A stretch of DNA of 62,917 nucleotides, filler included, from Perkinsus chesapeaki ATCC PRA-425 (Eukaryota; Protista; Perkinsozoa), in the NCBI GenBank assembly GCA_013115145.1. It is 11 parts of 11 records of this genome, joined end to end, with 100 filler letters (N's around TTAATTAATTAA, not from the genome) between each part and the next. Parts side by side here need not be neighbours in the genome. Positions count along the whole stretch, not along the records: positions 1 to 25,112 come from JAAPAO010000534.1; 10 more parts are not named here. One strand, written 5' to 3'. Numbering within the stretch: position 1 is the stretch's first letter; the number at the start of each line of letters is the position of its first letter. The translations under genes and the position numbers were made by a program. Of this stretch, positions 1 to 13,310 are shown piece after piece. Under the pieces are notes generated by a model. It did not search any database. It was given only the letters and a program-made list of their open reading frames with translations, and was not told where the DNA came from.

Positions 1-451
1 GTCGGGCCGTTTCTCCTAGAGGGGCGGAGCGATGTAAAATATACAGTGACATTATCTTCATATGCCCTACAATGGATTGAGGTGGGTATTGTTTGGCTAT
101 TTTTCCGTGGCGATATCATTATTCTATTATTGAGTGTACTTATATCGTTATAACGTCCATTAATATTACTAAAAGGTTCCGAGTTCCAAGCAGAATTTTC
201 AATGAAGGAAAATTCTTCAGATGTTAGGCGATTCGCGGCGAGAGCGGTATGGAATGTTGTGCACGCGGAAAATGCTTCCTCCGTCCACGTTCGACCCTCG
301 GGTCGGGCACTTCTCTATCATTTTTCCTGAGCAATTTAAGTTTGAGCAACCCTTTGGCACTCGCCAATCTGGATGACCCATCCATTTATAATAATCTCTG
401 TTGAATTCTATTATCTCATTTTTACGGTTTTCCTATCAGTTTTTTCCGGCG

Positions 452-2357
452 ATGCTATCCACTTGCTCCTCTTCCATCATAACCCGCCTCTTTGCATCAG
501 CTGCCCCTAAGGCCGCGGCTTCGACTCTGCCCTTTGCCAACTTGGCCAAGGCTGAGGCGGCCCTTGGAAAGCACGAGGATCGGTTGAAGCAAGCTCAACA
601 TGATTTATTATTGAAATATGCATCGATGGAAAATAACAGAAGGGAAAGGGAAGAGAAGGTTAAAGAGGCGGAGAAAAGGTAATAAAAGTATAGTAATTTG
701 ATATGAAATATTTTATGTATTAAATACCGCATAATAGGATATTATTGACTTATATAAACAATATATATTATCATATAATAATTATTTTTTAATCTATCGC
801 ATGGAAATACCAGTATTAATGAATAACCGCAAATGAACGGCCTTTATTGACATAACCCCGCATCTCCTTGTTGAAAATATTCACTTATTATAATTCGCTT
901 TTTTACTATCCTTATAATAATATCACTCACATAACGGTTGGAGAACATAGGGGCTAAATACTTCACAAGCTTATGGTTTGGTTTGCTATACTTCCGAACC
1001 CTCAAACATTTGACTTCATCTTGTTAGTAGACTGTATTATAATTTACTCTTGATGTTAAGGCTAAGCCATAACTGAGCTTCCTGTCTGTAAACATTCGAA
1101 ATACTGGGCTCTTGGAGTTGAACTACTCGGAAATATCCAACAATCTTAAAATGGCGCAACTCATCAGAGTGTTGTTATGGTAGGGAACTTGTATATTTTC
1201 GGAGAAGTATCTATTTGCAATATTACTTATTATATGATTATATTAAGGATCGTATTTCTATAATATATATTACACTTTATGTAGTCTAGTTGTTATTAAT
1301 TACTACTACCAGAATGTTATATAACCATGACACCGAAAGTGTATCATTGATTATGTCGTATTTAATATCACTTCACCACGATGAATTCGGCTATGCTGGT
1401 GATAGTATTATGGAATGATCAATACCTCCTTCATTCAAATGAGTTTTCGCTAGTTTACGATAAAATAATAGAACAGTAATCTTAGTCGAAATCAAGTCAA
1501 TTGTTACTTACAAATTTTAGGTTAGTTGAAAGTGTGAAAAATAGAATGCTCGAGCAAATGTCGAGCAAAAGATCATATGGTGATTTTATAACTCGTTTCG
1601 AATAGCTATTCTTAATATCTTTCCTTTACGTTGATGGGCATCATCTTCATATATACTACGGGGTTCTCGCTTTTGGCAGTTAATGTTTTCCTAAAGATCG
1701 GCGATACCCTGCGACATGATCGATATTAAACTGCTTGTTAGAAGCGTACTGAATGCAACTGTGTCGGGACTTTGGGAAGGACAAACCTATGAGTAATTTT
1801 ATAAAGCATCATTATGTGAGATTCGTATATTAAGAATCAATAGTTTCTATTATAAACTAAGCTTTGTTGCCAGCCGCAGCCATAACTCCTATAGCCGCAC
1901 CGGTCTGCCTGGTCAAAGGAGACTATAAAAGATATATTATAATTATTATATAGAACTGATACTCATCGTCGTTTGTGGTTACTTTTGATAATTCAGGCAC
2001 GTGAAGACCTTTGCAGCGAGCATTGTGGACGTGGCTGAAAAGATGAACGAGGCAGGTGATCTTGCTGATAAATTATCGAGCCAGGAAAACTCCTCGGACA
2101 AGGTTAAGAGTGTGGCCGAAGGGGTCTCGATCGCGAGGGATTTCCTTATAAGAAGTGTACTGTTGCAGAAGTACCAAATAGAGCCATTTACTGTGGAAAA
2201 CGGTGGAAAATACGACGTCACGCGCCAGGAAATTGGGGCTGGGAGCAAGGTGAAGCAGGTTAAGAAGGGCGAGAGTGCTACAGTTGATGGAGTTGAAAAA
2301 GAGGGTTGGAAAATGGGAGAAGATATTTTGAGGAAAGCTCAAGTTGATCTCAAGTGA
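452..2357 (+). CDS. grpE: Mitochondrial GrpE-type nucleotide exchange factor (Hsp70 co-chaperone), 2 exons, about 195 aa
   Basis: Exons 452-678 and 1997-2357 are joined by a phase-2 GT-AG intron, giving ...LLKYASMENNRREREEKVKEAEKR|HVKTFAASIVDV...AEGVSIARDFL...VDGVEKEGWKMGEDILRKAQVDLK*. This matches the GrpE pattern (ADxENxRKR; GV..L; GYxLxxRVLRxAxV). The Ser/Ala/Arg-rich N-terminus resembles a mitochondrial presequence. Confidence 0.85.
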
Positions 2358-2822
2358 GGTTGAAAGATACTCTCGACAAAGCGGCGTGTTTCGGTACTTT
2401 TGTTATCATTAATGTGCGGTTGAGTTTGTCACTTTGGGCTGGATAGGAACCTCGTATTGGAAAGGCAAGAAGCGTTGGGGGATTTCCGAAGCCTATTTTC
2501 CTCTGGATTCTCTCGATTAATGGAAGTGCTGGCTGAGCTAGCGGCTCAAGCTACAACGGATTAGCGGTCGCCGAGTTTATAGGATGATGGTAGTGGCATT
2601 TCGAAATGGAAAAATTGGGGAAATTTATCGAGGAATGTGTTGTTGAAATACAGCAAGTGATTTCATTACCGGAGTGCTTAGTTGAGATTTCCTCAATAAA
2701 ACAGGGGCGGCAATAGAAGGTTCATCATTTAGATCTGACTTATGTGTGATGCTAAATCTATTGAGCTACAATGAAGGTTTATTATAAGGTTGATATTATC
2801 AGCATTTGTCTATTTGTCAATA

Positions 2823-5800
2823 ATGTCAAAGTCATCACTATCGAGCTCGCCTCCGACGGGAGCCTTGCCGGGCATGGCATCACAGGGAGCGCATCAAAGC
2901 TCAGCTGCCTCGAAGAGGGCGTATAAGAAGGCACTGGAGCTGGCAAAGGGAGCAAATACAATACTCAAGAGGTGAAAAGGGGACAGCCGTCACAAATTAT
3001 GTAACTTATGGTTTGAGTTCGGTAGAGAATATGGTATTTATTCGTCGAAGTCCTTTTGATGGAGCTTTTTGCCAGCTCGTGAGCTGGGACTGTTGGCATC
3101 CTGAGCGAGGCGAAATCTCGCGGAGTAGGTTTTTAAGCACTGTCATGCAGACGTTAATATACCATAGCTCAAATCTATATAACTTTGTGGATGAGTAAAT
3201 CTATTGGGGGGAATCGGATTGAGCAAACGGTCTGTGGGTTTCGGCCTATTTATTTCGAAGATTCAGAAATGAAACACTTGGGAGAGTGCCTTGCAGGTCG
3301 AACTCATCAGCAGATTTCGAGCACTGCATTGGGGTCCTCAGCGAGGCGATCGCCTTGTGTCCGGATAAAGCAGCCTTCTACTCGATTAGAGGAAAGGCAT
3401 TCGCATTGAGCGAGATGTACCAAAGGTGATACAATCGATCATCTGGGCGAGCGAGATTTACATCGTGTCGATGTTAGGGCGTTATTTGACTATTCAATGG
3501 CAATACGATTGGAGCCGCATGTTGCAAAGCATTATGGCTATAGAGCTGTATGCTTTAAGAAGTGAGTTGAGGGAGGGAAAATTTGGGAAAAATAGAAGAG
3601 AATCAAGAAAGTGAGGCGAATTGAGGGAAAGGTATATATTTATAAATTATAAATATATACCTTTCCCTAAAAGACTCCCTTATAAATAATAATATATCAG
3701 AAGATTAATCGACTTAGCTGGGAAAATATGTCAGGAAAATAGAAAGATGCTTAATGTTAATTTAACATTTGAAATTCTTCCGGAAAACTTAGAGGTGCGC
3801 GTTCAACCGACTTGTTGATGTATTCAGGCTTGAAAGAGTGTCGGACTGTCTTAAAGATCTCACACAGGCAGTAAAATATGAAAAAGAAGGCTCACAGTAC
3901 ATTGTAGAGAAGGCGATGGTGAGAGGGCGTTAACTGTGATTCGTGAATTGCTAAAATGTACGCATTTATGTAATCGAAAGATGAAAGCTTGTCGTTTACG
4001 GATGTATTTTGGGGGTATATTAATATTTGTCATTTGGTCGACAAATTATGAGTCATGATGTATTATCAATATTGAGTAATATTGATGTCAGTATGATAGA
4101 TACAGTAGAGGTTGAGTATTGAATCGTTGTTAATGAGCAATGAGAGCATTTGGGCAATAGCGCATCTTTATGCGCAGCAATATCAGATATAAAGCTATTA
4201 TACATCACTCATAATGATGATGATGATCATCATCATTTAAAATATAACATACATGTTGTGATTTATACAGACTGGTCCAAAAAATTGTCCGGCGCCGATC
4301 TGATTGTGAGGTCGATCGAGTCTGAGGATGAAATTGGAAGCACTGGATCAGAAATTTGTGGCCCTATGTATGTAAATGTGTGTGTTTTATTGTGATGGTA
4401 AATATTGTAAATGGTGATAGTATAGAATAGCTTTAGGATTATGATGATCAAAGTGACAGTAGGTGAAGTACTTTAATAAATAATGATATAAATGTTATTT
4501 ACTGTCAATAAATGACGGCTTATTCGTTACGAGCAAAACAGTAAGCCGTAATACAGCATCTTGATATTACTTCTCCGGCTTCGCTACCAGAAATGACGCT
4601 CTGCCTTTACGAGCACTTACCCTTCTTCCTGATAAAACATTGTAATGTAACACAACAGTAAACACTAGCCGATAATAATAATGATCATATGATGTTGAAT
4701 AACCTTGTATAAATCAACTATAATCAATCACTATGGCGAGCGAGATGTATTGTGTAGAATGTCCCATGTTGCGTGCGTGCGCACAGCGACACAAACATTT
4801 CGGTACTGGCTCCCAAAAATAACTTTCGAATGCTTCCTAGTAACTACTGGTAGTAGCCTACTGCATATCCCTTTTCAGGTTAATTTTGATATTGAGGATT
4901 ACGTTTCAGCTTGTGATGACTTTACCGCAGCGATTGGGAAGGGATGCTCTAATCTGTATAATGTCTATTTGCATCGAGGAATATGTCACCGGCAGAAGAA
5001 GGTAAGAAAGAGAAGACCTTCTTGGTGTTCTATGACAGAAATAGCGTGCTTCATAATTAAGCTTTCACCAGGTATCATTTCCAGAGCAAGTGCTCCTAGA
5101 AGGGACTCATTTCGGATTCATTTTTTTAATTAGGAACCTATTCTTTCCAAACCTTTATTATATCTCTGCATTGGGAAATTTTATCATTTTCAAGGAACAT
5201 CGCGCCAGGGCGATCCCTTTTGCCCGCGGCCCCTTTTGCCAGGGACTCCCTGGCAGGAAGTCATGGAATATTATGCGACCAGTCAGAAAGAATGCATTTG
5301 GCTTCTACTTTTGCCCTATAAACGTATTGCACTTGTATCTCCTTTGCAATATATTTCCGCGAGGTTGGACGATCCCCCATTTCTCGGCCTTTTTGAGATT
5401 TTGGGTGGAGATATGGTATTATTTATATATGTCAATTTTATATTAATTATGATACTTCTCCAACTCAGTTGTTAAAAGAGAGTATTGAGGATTTGAAGAA
5501 GGCTGTTGAGTTGAATGCAGCAGATGGAGAGTGTCATGATCAGCTTGGATTATCATTGGTAAGATGACGAGAAAATAATTTAATAATCATAGTGAATTTC
5601 GCTATCACTATAATAGCGAATGCGATAGGTAGTCTACCTGAAGTAGACGGTTCGTACGATACGAACCTTTTTTGTACGAGTCGTACCATACAAAAAATCA
5701 CGGCGAGGTGTCGACGTGCAAACTGCACGCAATGCGGAAGTTGGTTACACTTCGTTGGTGTGGCTGAGTGATCAAGCTTCTTCTACATTCTAAAAGTCCA

Positions 5801-8800
5801 GATGAAAATGTCTCGATCGGAAGTGCAATTCTTTCTTCTCCCAGCGCCGTCACCACAGCCTTCTCGTGGTCTACATGCCATCCGGTTTGTGTATATGTGC
5901 ATGTGAAGGCCATGTTTTAATCAGTATTACCATTATTGAGAGTTCATCTCATGATCGGAGAAAACTCCGCCTGGCAGTGACAGTTTAAAAAACTTCGAAC
6001 ACCAAAACAGTGAACGAGTTCGGAGAAAATAACGGGAAAATCAGGTCGAGACATTCGGGGTTTGTCAGTTACTATTGCGAGAATATTATGGCGCGCGGGA
6101 AGCATTTACTAAAGCGATCGCTGGTTGCTCGACAGTTGAGGAAAATGGGAGGAAAGCTAGGTGAGGCGTTACCTTGTTTAACCTGGGAAAGATTAGCAGT
6201 CTCTGGTAAAATATGGATTGGATACTGGAAGTCGATATTAATTAATATGAAATATAATAATATCTATTTAGATCATTTAATACTTATTATTATTTTATCA
6301 TGGTGCAACTTATTTCCATGAATTATGTCGGATTAATAAATTTTAAGTATATTATTAACTGATAATATTGCTTTATATATTCCCGAAATAATATGGGCCT
6401 TACCTATCAGTAGCGCTCGGAGAGCTGCAAGTGTCTCGCTGAAATGCTCGAAATGGGAAATACTACTCAATGCTGTCAACTCAAGTAGCACGGCGTTTTG
6501 GGTTGGTGGACAGAGAGAGATAGTGCACTTCTCTGCTCTGTCGCATGCGAACTAGCTCCACTGGTGTTAGGACACATGACCTCCGTGCTACTCACCAAAA
6601 AAAATAATAATGAATCATGGCTCACGTAGGGAGCGCGAGTGACTTTCACGTTCCCTACGTTTTCAGGAATAACCACTGAGGGCTATTCCTGTACTTGTTG
6701 ATTAAATCTATGCGGCCCTTAACTTGCTCCATGACTGTTCCTATATGTAAATCTGCCTAAAGAAACGTCATACTGCGACCGAATTGTCGTATTCCAGATT
6801 CACAGTCATTTAGTGGTTGTGAAACATGCTCGCGAACATAACTAGCATTTCTGTGAAAATTTCCGGAAAATTCGTCAACAATGATGAGATCGCGGAAGGG
6901 CCGTTTGCTCTTGTTTAACCCGATGAGTTTTCCATGAAACAGCATTGATGGTGGTGATTATGCGAGTTTCTCCACGATTGAAAATCGAACAGCTGATCGA
7001 TTTGAGCTAGATCTCGTCTTGGTAAGATATCTGAATCATCGGGGATTGGCCCACTTCCAGTTGAGAGATTTCGAGAAGTCTTTGGAGGACCTCAACGAAA
7101 GTCTGGAGTTGAACCCGAATGACAGCAATGCGCATTTCAACAGGTGAGTCACTGCGCCACGAAATGTATCATCGCCGTATCTTTGACGATTAGAGGAAAT
7201 ACGTATTCCCGCCTTGGAGAACATGGACAGGCGTTGGAAGACTATAGGAGAGCGATGACAATCGATCCGAAAAATGCAGAGTAAGTTTCGTAAAATTTCC
7301 GATATTTACATATTTTCCCGCTGGATAATAAATACAGTCGGTTCAAATTTAGACAGTTCGTGACGTAAAACGTTTTGTAATTTCGTCAATAAAGCAGCTG
7401 AGAACCTAAAGCTTCGAGGATGGGAAATCAAAGATTGAGCTATGAAAATCTAACATACGTTTTACGTTTTAATGTATGGTATGAATTACATTAATAATCA
7501 TTGTATATAATGTATTTATTATTTCTAATAACTTATGGTATGAATTATATTAATAATCATTATGTATAATGTATTTATTATTTCTAATAACTTAATAAAA
7601 ATGAGTAAAGCAAGTTGAGGATTGTAGGTCAGCATGAGTTATCCAGTATCAATAATTCAAATATATTATTAACTGGGAATTCGGGGAATCAGCTTGAGGT
7701 CCCCAGACTTCCTGGTTACAGTGGACAGCCGTTGTCGGAAATTCGGCCTAGCAAAAGAGTCAGAAAAAATTTGATGAAATTTCCTTAAAAATGTATCTTT
7801 GGCAACCATGGGTTGAGTCATTCCACACCTACTCATTGGAGTGTTTGAAATCCTCGCTTCAAGCTCGGGAAGTATCTTTTAGGTACGACCATTACGAAGG
7901 TTTGGCTCATCAAAAGGCTGGCCGAATCGGCGAGGCAATCGAAAGTTTCACAAGAGCGTTTGAGAAAGACCCAAATTATTTTGCCGCCGAGCTCCACCTT
8001 GGACTGATGTAAGGGATTGGGAAAATATTGGACAGGAAATATTTCCGTACAAGTGAAAATTCTTCGTTCTTTTACCGTCGAAAATGGGGAGTCGTCTTTG
8101 GGTCGTTCGCTGAAATAAATGCCGCATAATGATTTATGATCTGAAATGTAGATGCTAATGAGCAAAAAGGGATCGACAAGATTCCACTGGTTGAGGAAAA
8201 TGCAAGGGGGCCATGGCTGAATTTTCTGCCATAATGGAAATTTCAAATCATAAAATAGAAGATGGACGAGTTGTCAATAATAGAACAGTCAGATCACCAC
8301 CTTACCATTCCGGGCTCTGGCTCCTTACGGTAACTTTGGTGAAGTCATGTAGTGTTTTATCATTGATCTGCAATGTGGGGTTTATCCCCGCTAAGTCCAT
8401 TGACTGAACTTTTTATAAAATTTTGTATTTGTTGTTTTTTCTCGATACTTTATTCGCTTTGTCCTTTTTCGAGACTCGTCCTGGAACAGAACTTTAGTTT
8501 GAACAGAGCTAAAACAGTTGAAATTGAAAACTAGAAAGTAGAGAATAGTTCTTTCCTTTGCTTTTTGTTAAGAATCTCCCGACATTCCGCTACTTTATTG
8601 TTCAGTGTCAACTGTTTGGCGTCGGACTGTAGCTTGAATTGTGAGTTCCTCAGTTCGTCAATATTATAACCGCCGCGGATGGATTTTACATCTAAGGCGA
8701 CTTGTCGCTGCGTGACGCTGCCCTGAATAAAGCTGCACACGGGAGTTAATAAACTGAGGCGCGCGCGGATAACGGCGGCTTTTGCCTGAAGTATCGTTGT

Positions 8801-11800
8801 TTGATTCTCCACCGTTTCAATCGCGAAAATGAAGAGCTACAAAGTAGATGTGAAAATGAACATTTTCATTTATTTTAAGTGTTTTTCAAATCACTAATAC
8901 GGCCCGTTCTAGTAATTTGAAAAATACTAAAGTAAATGAGAAAAATAGTAATGGATGCACATTTCTGAAGCTCAGATTTGGAGGTCCAATTGTCATTTGA
9001 TTAGTTACCGAGAATGTGGTAGACTTGAAGATTCCCTGGCTCGGTTGATGGATGATAAACTGGAAACGGTTGAAGATAGGCGAATGCTAGGTCAGGTGTA
9101 CGAAGCCAGGGGATTGATATGTGCGGATTTACTGAGGTAAGAGAATGCTTACATTTCGTGGCGCGCAAGAAATGGAAAAGACGCACTGAGAGTTCACTAA
9201 CACGAAGTTTGTCGGAAAATTTTATGTCGGTTTTCCGGTAGCGGCGCAGTGGCGTGATTCGATTAATAAAATGATTTGATCGAATGACCATCACTTTTAA
9301 TATCTTTCGACTTTATTTATATATTATAAATATTTTATATCAATGCCATGCTCTCACTTAAACTAAATTTTTCGGTCAACTTTCAGCTTTTTCCTGATCA
9401 GCGGAATGAGTTTCGCGAGTGCAGCGGCTGTGAAATCCCATAAGAGTTTTGGGAGTTGCGCAAGGACGATTGATAACACAAAATCTGTACAAGTGGAGAC
9501 AAGAATTGTCTAACGCTGAAGCACTCAAACTTAGCGTATACTAACACACCTGGAGTGTTTAAAAAAATTACCGATAGGTACGGCTCGTAACCGGGCTGAG
9601 CCTTAGGAAATTAGTCACAAATGGTGACATAGGTATCATATATATTTTAACCCTCCCACATCCTTCCTAGTCTCTAGTCTTGCACTGTTTTGACATGGAT
9701 ACCCAAACCGAAACCCGAAATACTCCTCAACCTTTGGGGTGTTCGGGCTTCAGGTTTGTGGTTTCCTCCCGCACTTCGTTGGGATTTTATAACAATTAGA
9801 ATGGATTTTTGAATTGATAGGAAGAACCTAATCCTTTAAAACTCAAATCAAGTGTTGGGTTGTTTTCTAGTCATTTGTAGAAACTAAAAATTGACCGCAT
9901 CGAGCAAGTTCGGGTGAAAAATTCCGGTAGGTATGATGAGGCGATAGCATATCTCAATAAAGCGGTTGAAACTACCGGAGAGCATTTACAAGTTATTCGG
10001 GCGCAGCTGGAGGAACGCCAAAGTTTGGAGGAGGAAAGAAATTGCGAAGGGAAGGACGAAAAAAGCGAAGAAAAATCAGAAGTTGCCGAAGAGGAAATGG
10101 TGGGGAAGTGACACTGGGACAGTGATGAGAATCTTTAGGAGTGTGACGCTGTGACGCCAGCGCACCGTGAAGATTTGGAGCTTAAAGAGGCATTGAAGTT
10201 GGCGTTTGCTGAGCATCTCCATCATAGAGGGGCGGTGAAGTCGAAAATGAGAAGATACGAGGAGGCACTGGAAGATTTCAACGAGTAGGGTCAGCGTTGG
10301 AAAATCTATCGATTGCGTCCCTGAGTTCAGCTCCAAGATCTCCTTAGCTCTAAGATTTGTTAGGTCCTCGGTAATTGTTTAGGTCCTTGAAGTCGCTGCC
10401 TTTGGATTCCGCGGCAGTTCTAAATCAGCGTGCCTTATGCTGGAAGTATGTTGGTAACCTTCCCGAAGCTATAAAGGATTTAACAGTCGCTGTGGATAAA
10501 TCAGGTGAATCGGTTGGAGTTTGTATGAAGCTCTACGAGTTATCGTTTACTCCCACGCGGAAAAGCGGCCGGAGTCGATGAAATGATTTTATTTCCGCCT
10601 TCGATCCTCATATCGATTGAGAAATAAAAAACGAGACCCATTCCGATTTGTTATATTGTGTTCAAGGTTCATAAAATATTATTTTTACAGGGACGCAAGC
10701 TGTCCAATACTGCCAACATGGCATCAGTGTAGGAGGCGATAAGTCAAATCGCTAGCGTTGTGGGAAATCTTCCGTGTCGGTTCCAGCTTGAACTTTGACA
10801 CTTGGTCGAGAATACGACTCTTCGACCGTGCATGTGGATTCGAACAATTGCAGTTGTCTTGGTCTCCTCAGGTGGAGTAGTGCTGGAGTATCTCTGCAAT
10901 CGTGCCCAATGCTTTCTCGAGTTCGGGATATATGGACGTGCTGATGATGATCTATCCAGAGCGATATCTTTGGCAAAATCGAGTGATCGAGGAAATCATT
11001 TATTCTATCGCCGAGGTGAGCAATAGTAAAATACGAGAATGTCCCACAGAGGTTCAGTCGTACTTGTTGATACTGTTGGGTAGCCTGTCAAAAGAACCGC
11101 CGAAAATCTATCCCTTTTCTCGTCCGTCATCAACATACCTTTATTCTAGTTCTGGTAGAAAAATGTCCGAGAAAATTCAAACGCACAGCGACGTGGTACG
11201 CGTTGGTCTCCAAGTGATGGAACCTAGAAAGTGTCCCTGGCGATGTGATAGATAGTTTGCAATGTCATGTGATGATCGCTATCTTCGTGTTTGTAGGCGT
11301 GGCTAGATTTGTCCAACAAAGATACAATGAAGCTATCCAAGATCTTCGTCTTGCACTTGTATCGGATCCTCCTGGAGAAGCCTGCATGCCCGATCTGTAT
11401 TATCATCTTGGTCTGTCTGAGGTAAGGGTTGGTTGTCTGATCGCTGAAGGTTACATCTACAGTTTGTTGATGGATGATATAATGAAGCTGGTAAATCTGA
11501 AATTCATCAGTTCTGTATAGGGCTAAGATCTTGGGTAAGTCTTGTCACGAAAACCAACCGGAAAGTGGTCCAAAAATGCGGTCATTTTCAAATTCCATTT
11601 ACTCCAAAATTCAGTTTTTACAAAAAAAGAATTTGAGTGTCCGAGTATGGCCAGGTTTTTAAACTTGTATTTGAAAAACTTGAATTTGGCCGCCAAATTC
11701 TTTTCGCCCGTTTTGTGATGGTATTCGTGACGAGGATGTGTCAGGCGAATCTGGGAGTGAACCCTCAACGAGCGGTCCAGGCATTCACGGAAGCAATCGA

Positions 11801-12769
11801 CCGACTGCCGAGTTCTAGACAAACGAAACCGCATTACCTGCATGAGAAGGCGAAAGCACTTCAAGCGTGCGGGGAACATGAAAAGGCTTTGAGGGCGTTC
11901 AGCGCGGTGAGATTTTGTATAGGGGAGCCGTGGCTCGGCTAAATCTGGGGTTAGGAAGTAGAGCGCTTTCTGGAAGTAATTTCCCAGTAGCGGAGCGGTG
12001 TGGTATGGGATTTTACGGCACGGGTGGGTAAGAGGACAGTAGATGCGTTCATCATTGACAGTGAACATGGACGGCAGAAGTACTATGCTTTGTGACTATG
12101 TGAACTGGAGTGCGACTTGTGAGGCATATTGCAGTATGCAGATTAAACGGCGGCTCTGTTGGGTGACGTATCTTTTTTGCTTGAAATTGCACGCTCAACC
12201 TGAGGGCGAGAGACTCCTCAATTGCAGGTTCTGGACTTGCAGCCTTTGAACGCACGGGCGATGTTCCGGCGAGCCTTCAGTTTCAAAGCGTTGAAAATGT
12301 TCGAGGAAGCTGCAGAGGATTATGAGGCAGCCAGAGAGCTCGAACCGGATGATGTGAGGTTCGTAATAGACTATAGGAAGATTGCCGAAGTTGAAGCTGT
12401 TACGTTGGGGCCGGCTGGGCATGAGGTAAGGGTGAGGTTGCGATGGTGAATCACACTGGCGATGAGAAGTCAGAAAATTTGGGAAATAAATATAAAACGT
12501 TGTATGATGATCGTCGTGGGCACCTCTTGGGATGGTCTTTATCGGTCGAGTTGGGCAGCAGACATTCGATTAACCTTATTATTGGTATCATCACGTATTA
12601 CGCGCCCGTTTTGAATTGGTCATTCCTGAGAATGTGAGCATCTTTATAGGATCCCATAGTCTACCGAGATCCTCAGCGCCCGGCTGTGAATGGAGGCGAA
12701 GTCGACGAGGGTGTTGAAAAGTTTGAGAAGTTAGTGGCTGGAATTGATCGCCAGTCTGTTGCTACGTGA
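2823..12769 (+). CDS. Large multi-exon tetratricopeptide-repeat (TPR) protein
   Basis: Phase-compatible GT-AG exons read by hand: 2823-2971, 3297-3425, 3478-3561, 3828-3918, 4879-5001, 5469-5558, [one unresolved exon], 7027-7143, 7194-7280, 7883-8008, 9005-9136, 9931-10099, 10139-10284, 10383-10504, 10872-11015, 11297-11421, 11745-11906, 12228-12425, 12650-12769. They encode repeated TPR helices, e.g. YLNHRGLAHFQLRDFEKSLEDLNESLELNP and ARAMFRRAFSFKALKMFEEAAEDYEAARELEP. Confidence 0.85.
5908..6436. repeat. Dispersed repeat of about 530 bp, copy 1 (in a TPR-gene intron)
   Basis: Near-identical to 17393-17935, from GGCC(A/T)TGTTTTAATCAGT to GAGAGCTGCAAGTGTCT. The same spurious ORF (MARGKHLLKRS...) appears in both copies. 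Confidence 0.9.
7475..7593. repeat. AT-rich tandem duplication, 2 x 59 bp (intronic)
   Basis: TATGGTATGAATTA(C/T)ATTAATAATCATT...TTTCTAATAACT occurs at 7475 and 7534. Confidence 0.85.
9688..9790. repeat. Dispersed repeat (MITE/TE-end-like), copy 1
   Basis: TTTGACATGGATACCCAAACCGAAACC...TTCCTCCCGCAC...GGGATTTTAT recurs in inverted orientation at 26627-26735 on another contig. Confidence 0.75.
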
Positions 12770-13310
12770 ACCATTGTCATCTGACGGTGTACCTGATGTT
12801 CCGAAATGTTGAGGTTTGGTTTAGTCTCAATTAAAAGGAAGGTTGCCAGTGACTCTCTCTGCTGAGCGGGGAGGATGTTAGATTCGATATTTTGTTTGAA
12901 CCGACTCTGTAAGGTTTGTTTGATTGAAGTTTTGGGAGATCATTCGAGGGATCCACGAAATCGGGAGCTGCTGATCAATACAAAAAAATCTGGTAAAAAA
13001 TTGCCCAGCGACGATGCGAACGACTTAACGATCGAATATGAGAACAAGACTGGTAGCATTCGTATGCCTTCCCGGGGGGGTGTATGACTCATCTGACCAT
13101 GGCCTATCACTTGTGAGAAATTCAAGTTTTTGAGATTTTGGCGGTCCAACGGTAATTTTCAAACTGTGATCTCGGGTTTCTCCTCAACCCTATCGAATCT
13201 GACATCATCCAAGGCACCGCTGTAAACAGAATGGCACTGCTCCCACCTTTGTTTTAGTTTAACCCTGGTATTCCTTTAGCGTACATTACTTCAACACTTC
13301 CTCGAATTGC

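Noticed and set aside
6010-6321. ORF MARGKHLLKRS... present twice (also 17587-17835)
   Set aside because: It lies inside an AT-rich non-coding repeat, has no recognisable domain, and its duplication just reflects the repeat.
8531-8812. Minus-strand ORF faintly like a hAT C-terminal segment in a TPR intron
   Set aside because: It has no ERxFS or FW motif and cannot be supported.
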